Of a stretch of DNA of 64,000 nt, positions 39,073 to 48,134 are shown piece by piece. The notes below the pieces were generated by a model. It saw nothing but the letters and a program-made list of their open reading frames with translations, had not been told where the DNA came from and made no database searches. This DNA comes from Comamonadaceae bacterium (GTDB lineage Bacteria > Pseudomonadota > Gammaproteobacteria > Burkholderiales > Burkholderiaceae_C): the NCBI GenBank assembly GCA_027488215.1, contig JAIYCB010000050.1, positions 5,543 to 69,542 of the forward strand, written 5' to 3'. Made by a program: the position numbers and the translations under genes. Positions within the stretch are counted from its first letter, which is position 1; the number at the start of each line of letters is the position of its first letter.

Positions 39073-39842
39073 ATTGACGCTTTCATGGTGTTAGAAAGAG
39101 TGCCAATGCCCTCTACGGACACTTCTACAACGGCATCATTTTGCCAAGGCATTGCACCGAGGGAGGTGCCGCAGGAAATGATATCGCCAGGCTCCAAAGT
39201 CATGCCTCTGGAGAGTTTGGCGACCAACTCCTGGGGTGAAAAAAACATGTCACTCACCGGGTAATTTTGGCGCTCTCGCCCGTTGACTTTGGCGGTCACG
39301 ATCGATTGGGTGCAATCCAAGTCGGTTTCGATCCAAGGACCGAAAGGGGTAAAGCCATCGAAATTTTTGGCCCGGGTCCATTGCTCAAAGCTGGTGTCGC
39401 TTCTCAGCAGTTCAATGGCTGTGACGTCGTTCACACAGGTGTATCCAAAAATATGCTGTGCAGCTTCTTCGATCGGTATGTCCCGTCCGCGTCGACCAAT
39501 GACGATGCCCAATTCCGCTTCGTAAACCACCCGTCCTACATCGTGTGGGGGTCGAATCACAGCTTGAAGGTGGTGTGAATACGAATTGGGCGATTTGAGA
39601 AAGTACAGCGGTTCAGAAGGTGCACTCCAACCATTCTTTTCTGCAGCCGTTTTGAAATTGTTCCAAAGAGCCAAAACTTTGGAGGGATGGCAGGGCGCCA
39701 AAATCTCAACGTCCGACACACTCAGTGTATCGCCCGTGGGTTGCGGATCATCAAAAAGAAGACCTTGATGAACATGGATGGTTTCACCCACCAATTGACC
39801 CATGCCAATATGGCCTTGGTGTGAATAGCGCAGCCACCTCAT
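39069..39842 (-). CDS. Fumarylacetoacetate hydrolase family protein
   Basis: YFLKSPNS, YEAELGIVIG, GYTCVNDVT, RAKNFDGFTPFGP, PGDIISCGT; start MRWLRY at 39842. Confidence 0.9.
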   Translation of the reverse strand: MRWLRYSHQGHIGMGQLVGETIHVHQGLLFDDPQPTGDTLSVSDVEILAPCHPSKVLALWNNFKTAAEKNGWSAPSEPLYFLKSPNSYSHHLQAVIRPPHDVGRVVYEAELGIVIGRRGRDIPIEEAAQHIFGYTCVNDVTAIELLRSDTSFEQWTRAKNFDGFTPFGPWIETDLDCTQSIVTAKVNGRERQNYPVSDMFFSPQELVAKLSRGMTLEPGDIISCGTSLGAMPWQNDAVVEVSVEGIGTLSNTMKASI

Positions 39843-39879
39843 GCAATTGTCCCCATTGAATTCAAATGGTGTTAAAGGT

Positions 39880-40050
39880 GTCTGCGAGTGCCACCGGACC
39901 GGCATCCTGAACCGGGGTTCAGGTGGGCGAGGGCAGACTGGCGTTGGGTTCATCTGACGCGAGACGATCACGCTCACCAGCCAATGTACCAAGCCCGGGC
40001 TCTAAGAGCATTGGTTCAAGGAAATATAAAGCCCGGCATGCACCGCAGAC
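39880..40050 (-). ncRNA. ssrS: 6S RNA
   Basis: Ends pair (GTCTGCGGTGC / GCACTCGCAGAC); contains ATATTTCCTTGAACC and CCTGAACC-cc-GGTTCAGG; lies just downstream of zapA as is typical. Confidence 0.9.
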
Positions 40051-40110
40051 CAAGCCATTGTAGGCGTTAACAGCTTTGAACAGCAGTCGCCAGCATCACT
40101 GGCAGGCGCT

Positions 40111-40434
40111 TCAAAGCAGTTGGCCGTCTTGCTCAATCACTCGATCAAGGCGTTCAAGTAACTGCTTGAGCCGAGCCTGTGCATCGGGCGTTACCTCATC
40201 GGCAGCACTGACACTGGTGGGTGCAGGAGGGGGTTCGACTTGTTCAAAGGCCAAGTTCAGCGCAGCGAGCACGGCAATACGGTCGCGCGCCTTGATCTTG
40301 CCCGCGTCGCGGATTTTGCACATGGCTTCGTCCACCTTGCGCACGGCACCGAGCAATCGCTCTTCGCCGCCCTCGGGGCAGCCGAGGATGTAGCTTTGGC
40401 CCATGATCTGAACGTCGATTTGTCGGTTGCTCAT
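40111..40434 (-). CDS. zapA: Cell division protein ZapA
   Basis: IDVQIMGQSYILGCP, DRIAVLAALNLA. Confidence 0.93.
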   Translation of the reverse strand: MSNRQIDVQIMGQSYILGCPEGGEERLLGAVRKVDEAMCKIRDAGKIKARDRIAVLAALNLAFEQVEPPPAPTSVSAADEVTPDAQARLKQLLERLDRVIEQDGQLL

Positions 40435-40679
40435 GCGGAGGCCTCAGGCGATGCGGGGACAGTTGTAGAGGCTGAAGTGGGCAGGCGCTCAATCAGCGCG
40501 TCCACTCGGGCTCTGGCGGCGGCCAGACGCGACTTGAGTTGGTCGCGTTCCAAGCTCAGCGCCTGCACTTGCTGAGCAAGCAATGCGTTGGTTCTTTGAA
40601 GCTCTTCGTGGCGCAGCAGCAAGTGATCCACACGCTCGGCGATTTGATCGATGGTGTCGGAATGGGCCATGGCAGACAT
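40431..40679 (-). CDS. Small coiled-coil protein upstream of zapA (ZapB/DUF904-like)
   Basis: Heptad pattern IDQIAERVDHLLLRHEELQRTNALL; stop overlaps zapA start. Confidence 0.75.
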   Translation of the reverse strand: MSAMAHSDTIDQIAERVDHLLLRHEELQRTNALLAQQVQALSLERDQLKSRLAAARARVDALIERLPTSASTTVPASPEASA

Positions 40680-40768
40680 GAAAAAAGAAGGTCTCCATTG
40701 TAGGGCGTGCGGTACCAAGTCTACTGATTTTGTTTGTTTGCCGACAGCTTTGAGCCTAAAATATGCCG

Positions 40769-40989
40769 TGTTGGTGCTCGCGATGCCGGTTCACGGCGCG
40801 CAGTTCAACGGGAAGCAGGAGGGGGGAGTCACCACGACCGTCCTAACCTGCGCTGCCCCCGCAACGGTAAGCAGACGGGTTCTCAATCCAACGAGAGCCC
40901 CGCTTTCACCTCAAACCACTGGCCGCCCTGAAACAGACAGCCGGGAAGGTGGTGAAGGTCGCCTCTGCCAGCCCGGATACCGGCCAACA
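40769..40989 (+). promoter_or_regulatory. Cobalamin (AdoCbl) riboswitch
   Basis: TGTTGGTGC...AACGGGAA...CTGCCCCCGCAACGGT...CCACTG...GGGAAGG...AGCCCGGATACCGGCCAACA core elements in the right order upstream of btuB. Confidence 0.93.
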
Positions 40990-41069
40990 AGGTGACCTGT
41001 TGCAAGACAGGTTGTAAAGCCCATGCACTGTCGGGGAAGGCGGTGAGGGTGTTTGACTTGTCTGTTTTT

Positions 41070-42938
41070 ATGAAAAACCGTACTTTCCGTGCGCGTCGTT
41101 TTGCGTTGGCTCTTTCCAGCCCTGCGTTTTCCTTGTTGTCCTTGGCCAGCGGCGCTGCGCTGGCGCAAAGCGCGGGGTCTGAAATCGTGGTCACCGCCAA
41201 CCGCACCGAGCAAATTCTGACCGATGTGTTGCCTCACACCACGGTTCTTGGCCGCGATGCCATCGAGCGATCCCAGGTGATGGATTTGCCTACCTTGCTG
41301 TCTCGCGAGGCGGGTTTCCAATTCACCCAAACTGGGGGACGGGGCGGGCAGGCCACGGCCTTCTTGCGTGGTTCGGCTTCCATGCAAGTGCTGGTGCTGG
41401 TCGACGGTGTGCCCGTCACCAAACAAGACACCACGGGTGCCGTGAGCCTGGAGCACATCATGCTCGACCAGGTGGATCGGATTGAAATCGTGCGCGGCAA
41501 CGTTTCAGCCATTCATGGCAGCGGTGCGGTGGGTGGGGTGATCCAGGTGTTCACGCGGCAAGGCCAGGGTCAGCCCATGGTTTATGCCAGCGCCGAGAGA
41601 GGTTCGCAGGGCAGCCAGCGCTGGCATGCAGGCACGCAGGGTGCGGTCGGACCATTGGCTTATACGGTGTCTGTGGGGCGTCTTCACACCGACGGCATCA
41701 ACGCGGCCAACCTTTCGCAAACCCTCAATGCCAACCCCGATGCGGACGGTTACCGCAATGACAACCACGCGCTGAACCTCTCCTACCAACTCAGTCCCGA
41801 GCACAAGCTGGGTCTGCGCTCGACCCACTTCAAGGGCCGCTTTGACTACGACGTAACGGGTAGTTTTTCTGCGCCGACCGACTTGCACCAGGGTCGCACC
41901 CAACTTGACAGCCACAGCCTGTATTGGGCGGGTCGGCTAGGGCCGCAGTGGTCCAGCCGTTTGAATTATTCCGACGCCAAGGAGCGCAATGACACTGCTA
42001 CCGTGGGCGGTTATTCATTCACAACACGGGCCCAAACTCGCACCCGCATGGTGTCGTGGACGCACCAGTGGGACCTTCCTTCGATGGTGTTGACGGCCGG
42101 CTTGGACCATCAGACACAAGGGATCGACACGGCCTTCAACGGGGCATCTGACCTGTTGCGCGAACGCCATGCCCATGCGATCTACGGCGGCATGGTCTAC
42201 AAGCGTGCGGCGCAGAACCTGCAGTTCAACCTGCGGCGCGACCATGTGGAAGACCTTTCTGCCAAGGATTCGGTGTATTTGGGTTACGGCTATGACCTGA
42301 ACGCCGAATGGAAATTGATCGCCAGCCACGCGACGGCTTTTAACGTGCCGCCCTTGGGCTATTTGTTTGATCCCTATTACGGTAATCCCAATTTGCGCCC
42401 CGAAACCGCCAACACCCAAGAGGCGGGTGTGCAATGGGCGCAAGGGCCACACCGCTTGCGTTCAACTTGGTTTTCCACGCTCACCAAAGACCTGCTTTTG
42501 TATGACATGGGAAGTTCCCAGTTCAGCAACGTCAGTCGCGTCAAAAACCGTGGTTTGGAAACCAGCTACAGCGGCCGCTTTCACATGACCGATTTGCGCG
42601 CCAGCTTGTCCTTGCAAGACCCGGTGAATGAGGCCACAGGCCAGCAACTGGTGCGCCGGGCCAAGACCCTGGCCTCGGTGTCGGTCTCGCAATCGCTGGG
42701 CTTGTTGTCATTGGGTGGCAGTGTGCGTTACACCAGCGCACGCCCCGATATCGAAGGCAAGCCTGGCCTGCCCAGCAACACCTTGTTAGATTTGACCGCC
42801 CGCTACAGTTTGGGTCGCGACTGGACACTGTATGGCCGCGTGGAAAACGCCACCAACAGCCGCTATCAGAGCGCGTATGGCTATAACCAGTTACCGCGCA
42901 CCACCACGCTGGGGCTGAGCTGGAAAATGAAATACTGA
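41070..42938 (+). CDS. btuB: TonB-dependent cobalamin receptor
   Basis: TonB box EIVVTANR, plug VLVLVDGVP/IEIVRG, GNPNLRPE, RVENATNSRY; downstream of B12 riboswitch. Confidence 0.88.
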   Translation: MKNRTFRARRFALALSSPAFSLLSLASGAALAQSAGSEIVVTANRTEQILTDVLPHTTVLGRDAIERSQVMDLPTLLSREAGFQFTQTGGRGGQATAFLRGSASMQVLVLVDGVPVTKQDTTGAVSLEHIMLDQVDRIEIVRGNVSAIHGSGAVGGVIQVFTRQGQGQPMVYASAERGSQGSQRWHAGTQGAVGPLAYTVSVGRLHTDGINAANLSQTLNANPDADGYRNDNHALNLSYQLSPEHKLGLRSTHFKGRFDYDVTGSFSAPTDLHQGRTQLDSHSLYWAGRLGPQWSSRLNYSDAKERNDTATVGGYSFTTRAQTRTRMVSWTHQWDLPSMVLTAGLDHQTQGIDTAFNGASDLLRERHAHAIYGGMVYKRAAQNLQFNLRRDHVEDLSAKDSVYLGYGYDLNAEWKLIASHATAFNVPPLGYLFDPYYGNPNLRPETANTQEAGVQWAQGPHRLRSTWFSTLTKDLLLYDMGSSQFSNVSRVKNRGLETSYSGRFHMTDLRASLSLQDPVNEATGQQLVRRAKTLASVSVSQSLGLLSLGGSVRYTSARPDIEGKPGLPSNTLLDLTARYSLGRDWTLYGRVENATNSRYQSAYGYNQLPRTTTLGLSWKMKY

Positions 42939-42951
42939 ACGGACCTGGCCC

Positions 42952-43755
42952 ATGCAACAACTCTTGCCCCAACGCATCGTTTGCCTGACCGAGGAAACAA
43001 CCGAATGGTTGTACCTGCTGGGTCAGGAGGCGCGCATCGTGGGCATTTCGGGCTACACGGTGCGCCCGCGTCGGGCCCGTACGGAAAAACCCAAGGTCAG
43101 TGCGTTCTTGAGCGCCAAGATCGACAAGATTCTGGCGCTCAAGCCCGATTGCGTTTTTGGATTTTCGGATCTGCAGGCCGACATCGCGTCTTTGCTGATC
43201 AAGGCCGGTGTGCAGGTCACCGTGTTCAACCAGCGCAGTGTCGACGAGATTTTTTCGGTGCTCTACCAAGTGGCCGCGATGGTGGGGCAGGCCGAGCAGG
43301 GCTTAGCCCAGTTGTCGCGCATGCGCGCTGAGCTGGACGCCATCACCCAAAAGGCTGCGGGTTTCAAGCGCCGGCCTCGGGTCTATTTTGAGGAATGGGA
43401 CGAACCCCACATGAGCACCATCCGCTGGGTGTCCGAATTGATGGGCATTGCGGGAGGGGACGACATTTTTCCGGAGTTGGCGATGCAATCCATGGGGCGC
43501 GACCGGATCATCGCGAGCGGCCAAACCATCATCGAGCGCGCGCCCGACATCATCATCGGCTCTTTGTGCGGCAAGAAGTTTCGCCCTGAAAAAGTCGCGG
43601 CGCGGCCCGGTTGGCAAGACGTGCCAGCTGTTCGTACTGGGCAGATTTTTGAAATCAAATCGGCCGACATTTTGCAGCCCGGCCCTGCTGCACTCACCGA
43701 TGGCGTGGCGCAGTTGCACCGCATTTTCAGCCAGTGGGAAGCGCTTCATGGCTGA
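42952..43755 (+). CDS. Cobalamin-binding protein (BtuF-like) with no visible signal peptide
   Basis: PQRIVCLTEETTE, VYFEEWDEP, SADILQPGP; no hydrophobic N-terminus. Confidence 0.82.
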   Translation: MQQLLPQRIVCLTEETTEWLYLLGQEARIVGISGYTVRPRRARTEKPKVSAFLSAKIDKILALKPDCVFGFSDLQADIASLLIKAGVQVTVFNQRSVDEIFSVLYQVAAMVGQAEQGLAQLSRMRAELDAITQKAAGFKRRPRVYFEEWDEPHMSTIRWVSELMGIAGGDDIFPELAMQSMGRDRIIASGQTIIERAPDIIIGSLCGKKFRPEKVAARPGWQDVPAVRTGQIFEIKSADILQPGPAALTDGVAQLHRIFSQWEALHG

Positions 43756-44680
43756 GCGTTGGAGATGCTGGCCTCAGACCTTGGCCCTTTGGGGGCTTGC
43801 CGTATTGGCCTGCTTGCAGAGCGCACATGCCGTCACAGTTCTCGACGACCGCCAGCAAAAAGTGCAGATCGCCCAAGCCCCGCAGCGCATCGTGAGTTTG
43901 CTGCCGTCCCTCACCGAAACTGTCTGCGCCTTGAACCAGTGCCACAAACTCGTGGGCCTGGACCGCTATTCCAACTGGCCCGAGTCGGTCAAGTCGGTTC
44001 CGCGCGTGGGTGGCGGGCTGGACCCGAGCATCGAGAGCATCGTCGCGCTCAAGCCCGATTTGGTGTTGGCGGCCGGTTCTACCCGGGGCGCTGACCGCTT
44101 GCAGGCGCTGGGCCTGAATGTGCTGCGCCTGGAGCCGCGCAACCATGCCGACGCGCAAAGGGTATGGCGAAGCGTCGCCCTGGCCTTGCATGTGCCTGCT
44201 GCAGACAGTGATCGGGTGTGGCAAGGCATTGAGGCGGGTGTGCAGGCTGCGGTGCAATCGCTGAGCACTGCGGCGCGCCAACAGCGGGTTTATTTTGAGG
44301 TCAGTCCCACACCTTATGGCGCGAGTGAATCTTCTTTCATGGGTGAGACCCTCACCCGCATGGGCGTCACCAACATCTTGCCCGCATCCATGGGGCCGTT
44401 TCCTCAAGTCAACCCCGAGTCGGTGGTGCAGGCTCAACCCGATGTGATCATGGCAGGCGACAGCAGCCGTGCCAGCATGCTGCAGCGTCCGGGTTGGGGT
44501 CGTTTGCGGGCCATGCAAGGCCAGCGCCTGTGTTTTTTCAAGCAAGATGAGTCGGACATGTTGGTGCGTGCTGGTCCGCGCATGGCCGAAGGTGCACGGC
44601 TGATGGCGCAATGCCTGAACCGCGCAGCGGCCCAAGGGGACGCATCTGCGGGCCAAGTGACCAGAGGATCTTTGCGGTGA
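43748..44680 (+). CDS. btuF: Periplasmic cobalamin ABC substrate-binding protein
   Basis: Signal peptide ending AHA, PQRIVSLLPSLTETVCAL, ALKPDLVL, RAGPRMAEG. Confidence 0.8.
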   Translation: MAERWRCWPQTLALWGLAVLACLQSAHAVTVLDDRQQKVQIAQAPQRIVSLLPSLTETVCALNQCHKLVGLDRYSNWPESVKSVPRVGGGLDPSIESIVALKPDLVLAAGSTRGADRLQALGLNVLRLEPRNHADAQRVWRSVALALHVPAADSDRVWQGIEAGVQAAVQSLSTAARQQRVYFEVSPTPYGASESSFMGETLTRMGVTNILPASMGPFPQVNPESVVQAQPDVIMAGDSSRASMLQRPGWGRLRAMQGQRLCFFKQDESDMLVRAGPRMAEGARLMAQCLNRAAAQGDASAGQVTRGSLR

Positions 44681-45693
44681 CCACTCAGAACAACGCAGCC
44701 CGCATGGCGCTGATACTACTGGCCTTGGGGCTGTCTGCAGTTTTGCTCGGCACTGTCGCAGGCAGCCAGGGCTTGCAGGCTTGGTGGTCGGCAGGCAGCG
44801 ATGGGGTGTCACGCCAGATCGTCTTGGAAATCCGTTTGCCGCGTAGCCTGGGTGCCTGGCTCGGCGGGGCTTTGCTGGGTCTGGCCGGGGCGGTGGCGCA
44901 AGGCCTGTTTCGCAACCCTCTGGCCGATCCTTATTTGCTGGGCAGTGCCTCTGGTGCTTCGCTCGGCGTTGGCATTTATTTGAGTTTGTTTGGTGGGGGG
45001 GCCTGGGCCCTCAGCAGTTGGCTGGGCCTGGGCCTGACGGGGGCAGCTTTTTTGGGCGCGGTTTTGGCGGTGTTGATCACACTGCTGTTGGCCAGGGGCG
45101 TGCAGCAAACGCTGCGCCTGTTGTTGGCGGGTGTGGTCGTGGGTGTGGTGTTGGGTGCAGTGACGTCCCTGATTTCGCTGTTGCAACCGCAGGTTTTGCA
45201 GGCCATGCAAGGTTTCATGTTGGGCTCGACCGCGTTTGTGAGTTGGAGTGCTTGCTTCACCATGTCGATGGTACTGGCGCTGTGCATGGCGCTGGCCTGG
45301 GTATTTGCTCGCGTCTTGGATGCGCTGAGTCTGGGTGAAGCCACTGCGCAGAGTCTGGGCGTGCCGCTGTACTGGGCGCGATTGGTGCTGGTGGGCGTGA
45401 TATCCCTGGCCACGGGAGCTGCCGTGGCGCACATCGGTCTGGTGGCCTTTGTGGGCTTGGCAGCGCCGCATTTGGTGCGTTCGCTGGTGCGCTGTACTTA
45501 TTCCTGGCGATTGTTTTTGTCGGCGCTGATGGGCGGGGCCATGCTCTTGCTGGCGGATGTGATGGCTCGGGTACTTTTTGCCCCACAAGAGTTGCCCGTG
45601 GGCGTGCTCACTGCGGTGTTGGGTGGGGGGTATTTGCTGTGGCGCGTGTACCGCGATGCCGACACCTGCTCGGGCGTCGGAGGACGTGCATGA
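44677..45693 (+). CDS. btuC: FecCD/BtuC ABC permease
   Basis: IRLPR, QGLFRNPLADPYLLG, FVGLAAPHLVR, ELPVGVLTA. Confidence 0.88.
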   Translation: MTTQNNAARMALILLALGLSAVLLGTVAGSQGLQAWWSAGSDGVSRQIVLEIRLPRSLGAWLGGALLGLAGAVAQGLFRNPLADPYLLGSASGASLGVGIYLSLFGGGAWALSSWLGLGLTGAAFLGAVLAVLITLLLARGVQQTLRLLLAGVVVGVVLGAVTSLISLLQPQVLQAMQGFMLGSTAFVSWSACFTMSMVLALCMALAWVFARVLDALSLGEATAQSLGVPLYWARLVLVGVISLATGAAVAHIGLVAFVGLAAPHLVRSLVRCTYSWRLFLSALMGGAMLLLADVMARVLFAPQELPVGVLTAVLGGGYLLWRVYRDADTCSGVGGRA

Positions 45694-46454
45694 TCGCGGC
45701 GCTGGAAACTCGCCAACTGAATGTCCTGCTGGGGGGGCGCCATGTGCTGCGCAACATCGATCTGCAGATCACAGCAGGTCGATGGACTTGCGTGGTCGGA
45801 CCCAACGGCGCGGGCAAATCCAGCCTGCTCAAAGCGCTCGCCGGTTTATTGCCCTGCAGCGGACAAGTGCAGTGGCACGGTCAGCCGCTGGCGACACTCA
45901 CTCGCCAGCAAAGGGCGCTGCAACTGTCGTGGCTGGGGCAGGGAGAAGCCAGCACGCTGGACCTGCGTGTTTGGGACGTGACCATGCTCGGCCGTCTGCC
46001 TCACCAAAGCTGGTTGGGCGCCCCCACGCAACACGATGCGCAGATGGTGGAGGCTGCCTTGAAAGCCACACAAGCCTGGGACTGGCGCGATCGCACCCTG
46101 GGCGAGTTGTCGGGTGGTGAGCGCCAGCGCGTGCTGCTGGCCCGCGCCATGGCGGGCAATGCACCCACCATGCTCATGGATGAACCTTTGTCCAACCTGG
46201 ACCCACCTCACCAAGTGGACTGGCTGGAGCAGGTGCAATGCTTGCTGGCGCAAGGCACCACGGTGGTCAGCGTGCTGCACGAGATTGGCATGGCGTTGCA
46301 CGCCGACGACATCGTCGTCATGCACGAAGGGAAGGTGGTGCACCACGGAGTGAGCAGCCATGCAGCCACTCATGCCGCCATCGAATCTGTATTTGGTCAG
46401 CGTATCCGAATCCTCCAACTCGATGGACAGTGGGTGGTTTTGCCACGTGTTTGA
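45690..46454 (+). CDS. btuD: ABC transporter ATP-binding protein
   Basis: GPNGAGKS, LSGGERQR, LMDEP, SVLHE. Confidence 0.9.
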   Translation: MIAALETRQLNVLLGGRHVLRNIDLQITAGRWTCVVGPNGAGKSSLLKALAGLLPCSGQVQWHGQPLATLTRQQRALQLSWLGQGEASTLDLRVWDVTMLGRLPHQSWLGAPTQHDAQMVEAALKATQAWDWRDRTLGELSGGERQRVLLARAMAGNAPTMLMDEPLSNLDPPHQVDWLEQVQCLLAQGTTVVSVLHEIGMALHADDIVVMHEGKVVHHGVSSHAATHAAIESVFGQRIRILQLDGQWVVLPRV

Positions 46455-46543
46455 TCAAGGATTGAGCGGCTCTTTTGATGAAATCGTGAAAGGAGACCAG
46501 GCATCCCAACCGTGTTGCATTGCTTTGAATGCACAGCTTGTAT

Positions 46544-46885
46544 TCATCGGCCAAAATGACTCGCAGACATGACCCTAGGGGCTGACGCTTTGACCGACTC
46601 CAGGGAGCTCAGGAGCAAGAGCGTGTCCACATATCCCATGAAGCGATGAAGGTAGTCGGGCGAGAGGTCACGCATCAGTTCGATTGAGCGCAGCACCAGC
46701 ATGTGGGAGTTGATGGGTCCGGGGTTTTGCGGGGCTTGGGCGAGGGCTTGGGTGACTTGCTTTTGCACGCTGATTTTGTTCAGTAATTTTCGAAACTGCT
46801 CAATGTGTGGATTGATCACCTGCCTTGCTGCCCCCTTCGCCCGCAGAGCATCCAATTCTGTCAGCGTAGGAGCAACTTTAGTCAT
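46544..46885 (-). pseudogene. Shortened DUF2894 protein (ZorG-like), probably internally deleted
   Basis: QALAQAPQNPGPINSHMLVLRSIELMRDLSPDYLHRFMGYVDTL matches the recalled DUF2894 C-terminus; only 113 aa; ATG overlaps the stop of the upstream OmpA-like remnant. Confidence 0.7.
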
Positions 46886-47184
46886 GGTTTGGCTGCTTCC
46901 TGATTTGGGGTAGCCGCTCTGGGCACTGGGGTCATTTCCACCCGGCGGTTTTGCGCGCGGGCTTGGTCATTTGTGTTGGCCACCAATGGTTGCTCTTGCC
47001 CAAAGGCGGCAGCGAACAAAATCGACTAGTGCATGCCTTCTTTGATCAGGGTGATGCGACCACTGGCCAAAGGAATTGCCAGGGCGTTTTCAAAGGAAAT
47101 CCACTTTTGCTCTTCGACTTGGCGCTTTTGAACCCCTGTTGGGATGGTGAGAATTTGATGGGTTTTAAATACCAAAAAGTTCAT
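46882..47184 (-). pseudogene. OmpA/MotB-like (ZorB-like) remnant with in-frame stop and internal deletion; not in ORF track
   Basis: Hand translation ...FENALAIPLASGRITLIKEGMH*SILFAAAFGQEQPLVANTNDQARAQNRRVEMTPVPR...; TAG at 47028-47026; OmpA core GxTD and LSxxRA motifs missing. Confidence 0.78.
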
Positions 47185-48128
47185 CCCATGCACGATTGGG
47201 TACGCGATTGCGACGGTGCAACAGCCCGCAGACCCTGGTCGTGCAAAAGGTACTTGTCAGACCAAGCGGCCAGGGCCTGCGATAAAAAATTGTCCTGCTT
47301 TGGCTGGATGGGCAAGCCAAGAACTTGCGCCGCCTGTTGGAGCGCTGCCAAGGGGTCAGACAGGTCCAGCGCCAGCGCGCCGTTTTGTTTGCTAAGTTTT
47401 TCTCCGTTCTCGCCAAGCACCACCGCGGTGTGGAGGTACTTTGGGGAGGGGAGGTCAAGGGCCGCTTGCAGCACGATTTGGCGGGCGGTGTTGTCGGCCA
47501 GATCTTGGCCGCGCACCACATGGGTAATGCCTTGGGCCGCATCGTCCACCACCACCGCCAATTGGTAGGCCCACAGGCCATCGGCGCGTCGCAACACAAA
47601 GTCGCCCACTTCGTCACACACATTCTGCTGTTGCGGACCCAAGCGTCGGTCGCTCCAGTGGGTGAGGGTGGGTAAGCCCAATGCGTTTTGCACCGCCTGA
47701 ACATTCAAGCGCCAGGCGCGGGCGGGTTTGCCATTCAGGCCATGGCGGCAGGTGCCCGGGTACACCGCCGCTTGATGTCGAGCCACAGAATGTGCTGCCG
47801 CCAATTCGATGTCTTTGCGTGAACAGCCACAGGGGTAGGCCCAGCCTTTTTCCACCAGGGTTTGCAAGGCTGCGGCATAGTGCTCGTCGCGCTGGCTTTG
47901 CCGCAGCACCGACCCATCGGGCACTAGGCCACAGACGGCCAGTTGCTGCAAGATGGCTTGGTCGGCCCCCGGGACGCAGCGGGGGGTGTCCACATCCTCA
48001 ATGCGCACCTGCCATTGGCCGCCATGGGCGCGGGCATCTAGCCAGCTGGCCAGCGCCGCGACCAGGGAGCCCGCATGCAAAAGGCCGGTTGGCGAAGGCG
48101 CAAACCGGCCTGTGTAGGGAATCCCCAT
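47181..48128 (-). CDS. gluQ: Glutamyl-Q tRNA(Asp) synthetase
   Basis: [50 protein letters not shown]; no anticodon-binding domain. Confidence 0.94.
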   Translation of the reverse strand: MGIPYTGRFAPSPTGLLHAGSLVAALASWLDARAHGGQWQVRIEDVDTPRCVPGADQAILQQLAVCGLVPDGSVLRQSQRDEHYAAALQTLVEKGWAYPCGCSRKDIELAAAHSVARHQAAVYPGTCRHGLNGKPARAWRLNVQAVQNALGLPTLTHWSDRRLGPQQQNVCDEVGDFVLRRADGLWAYQLAVVVDDAAQGITHVVRGQDLADNTARQIVLQAALDLPSPKYLHTAVVLGENGEKLSKQNGALALDLSDPLAALQQAAQVLGLPIQPKQDNFLSQALAAWSDKYLLHDQGLRAVAPSQSRTQSCMG

Positions 48129-48134
48129 GGGTGA

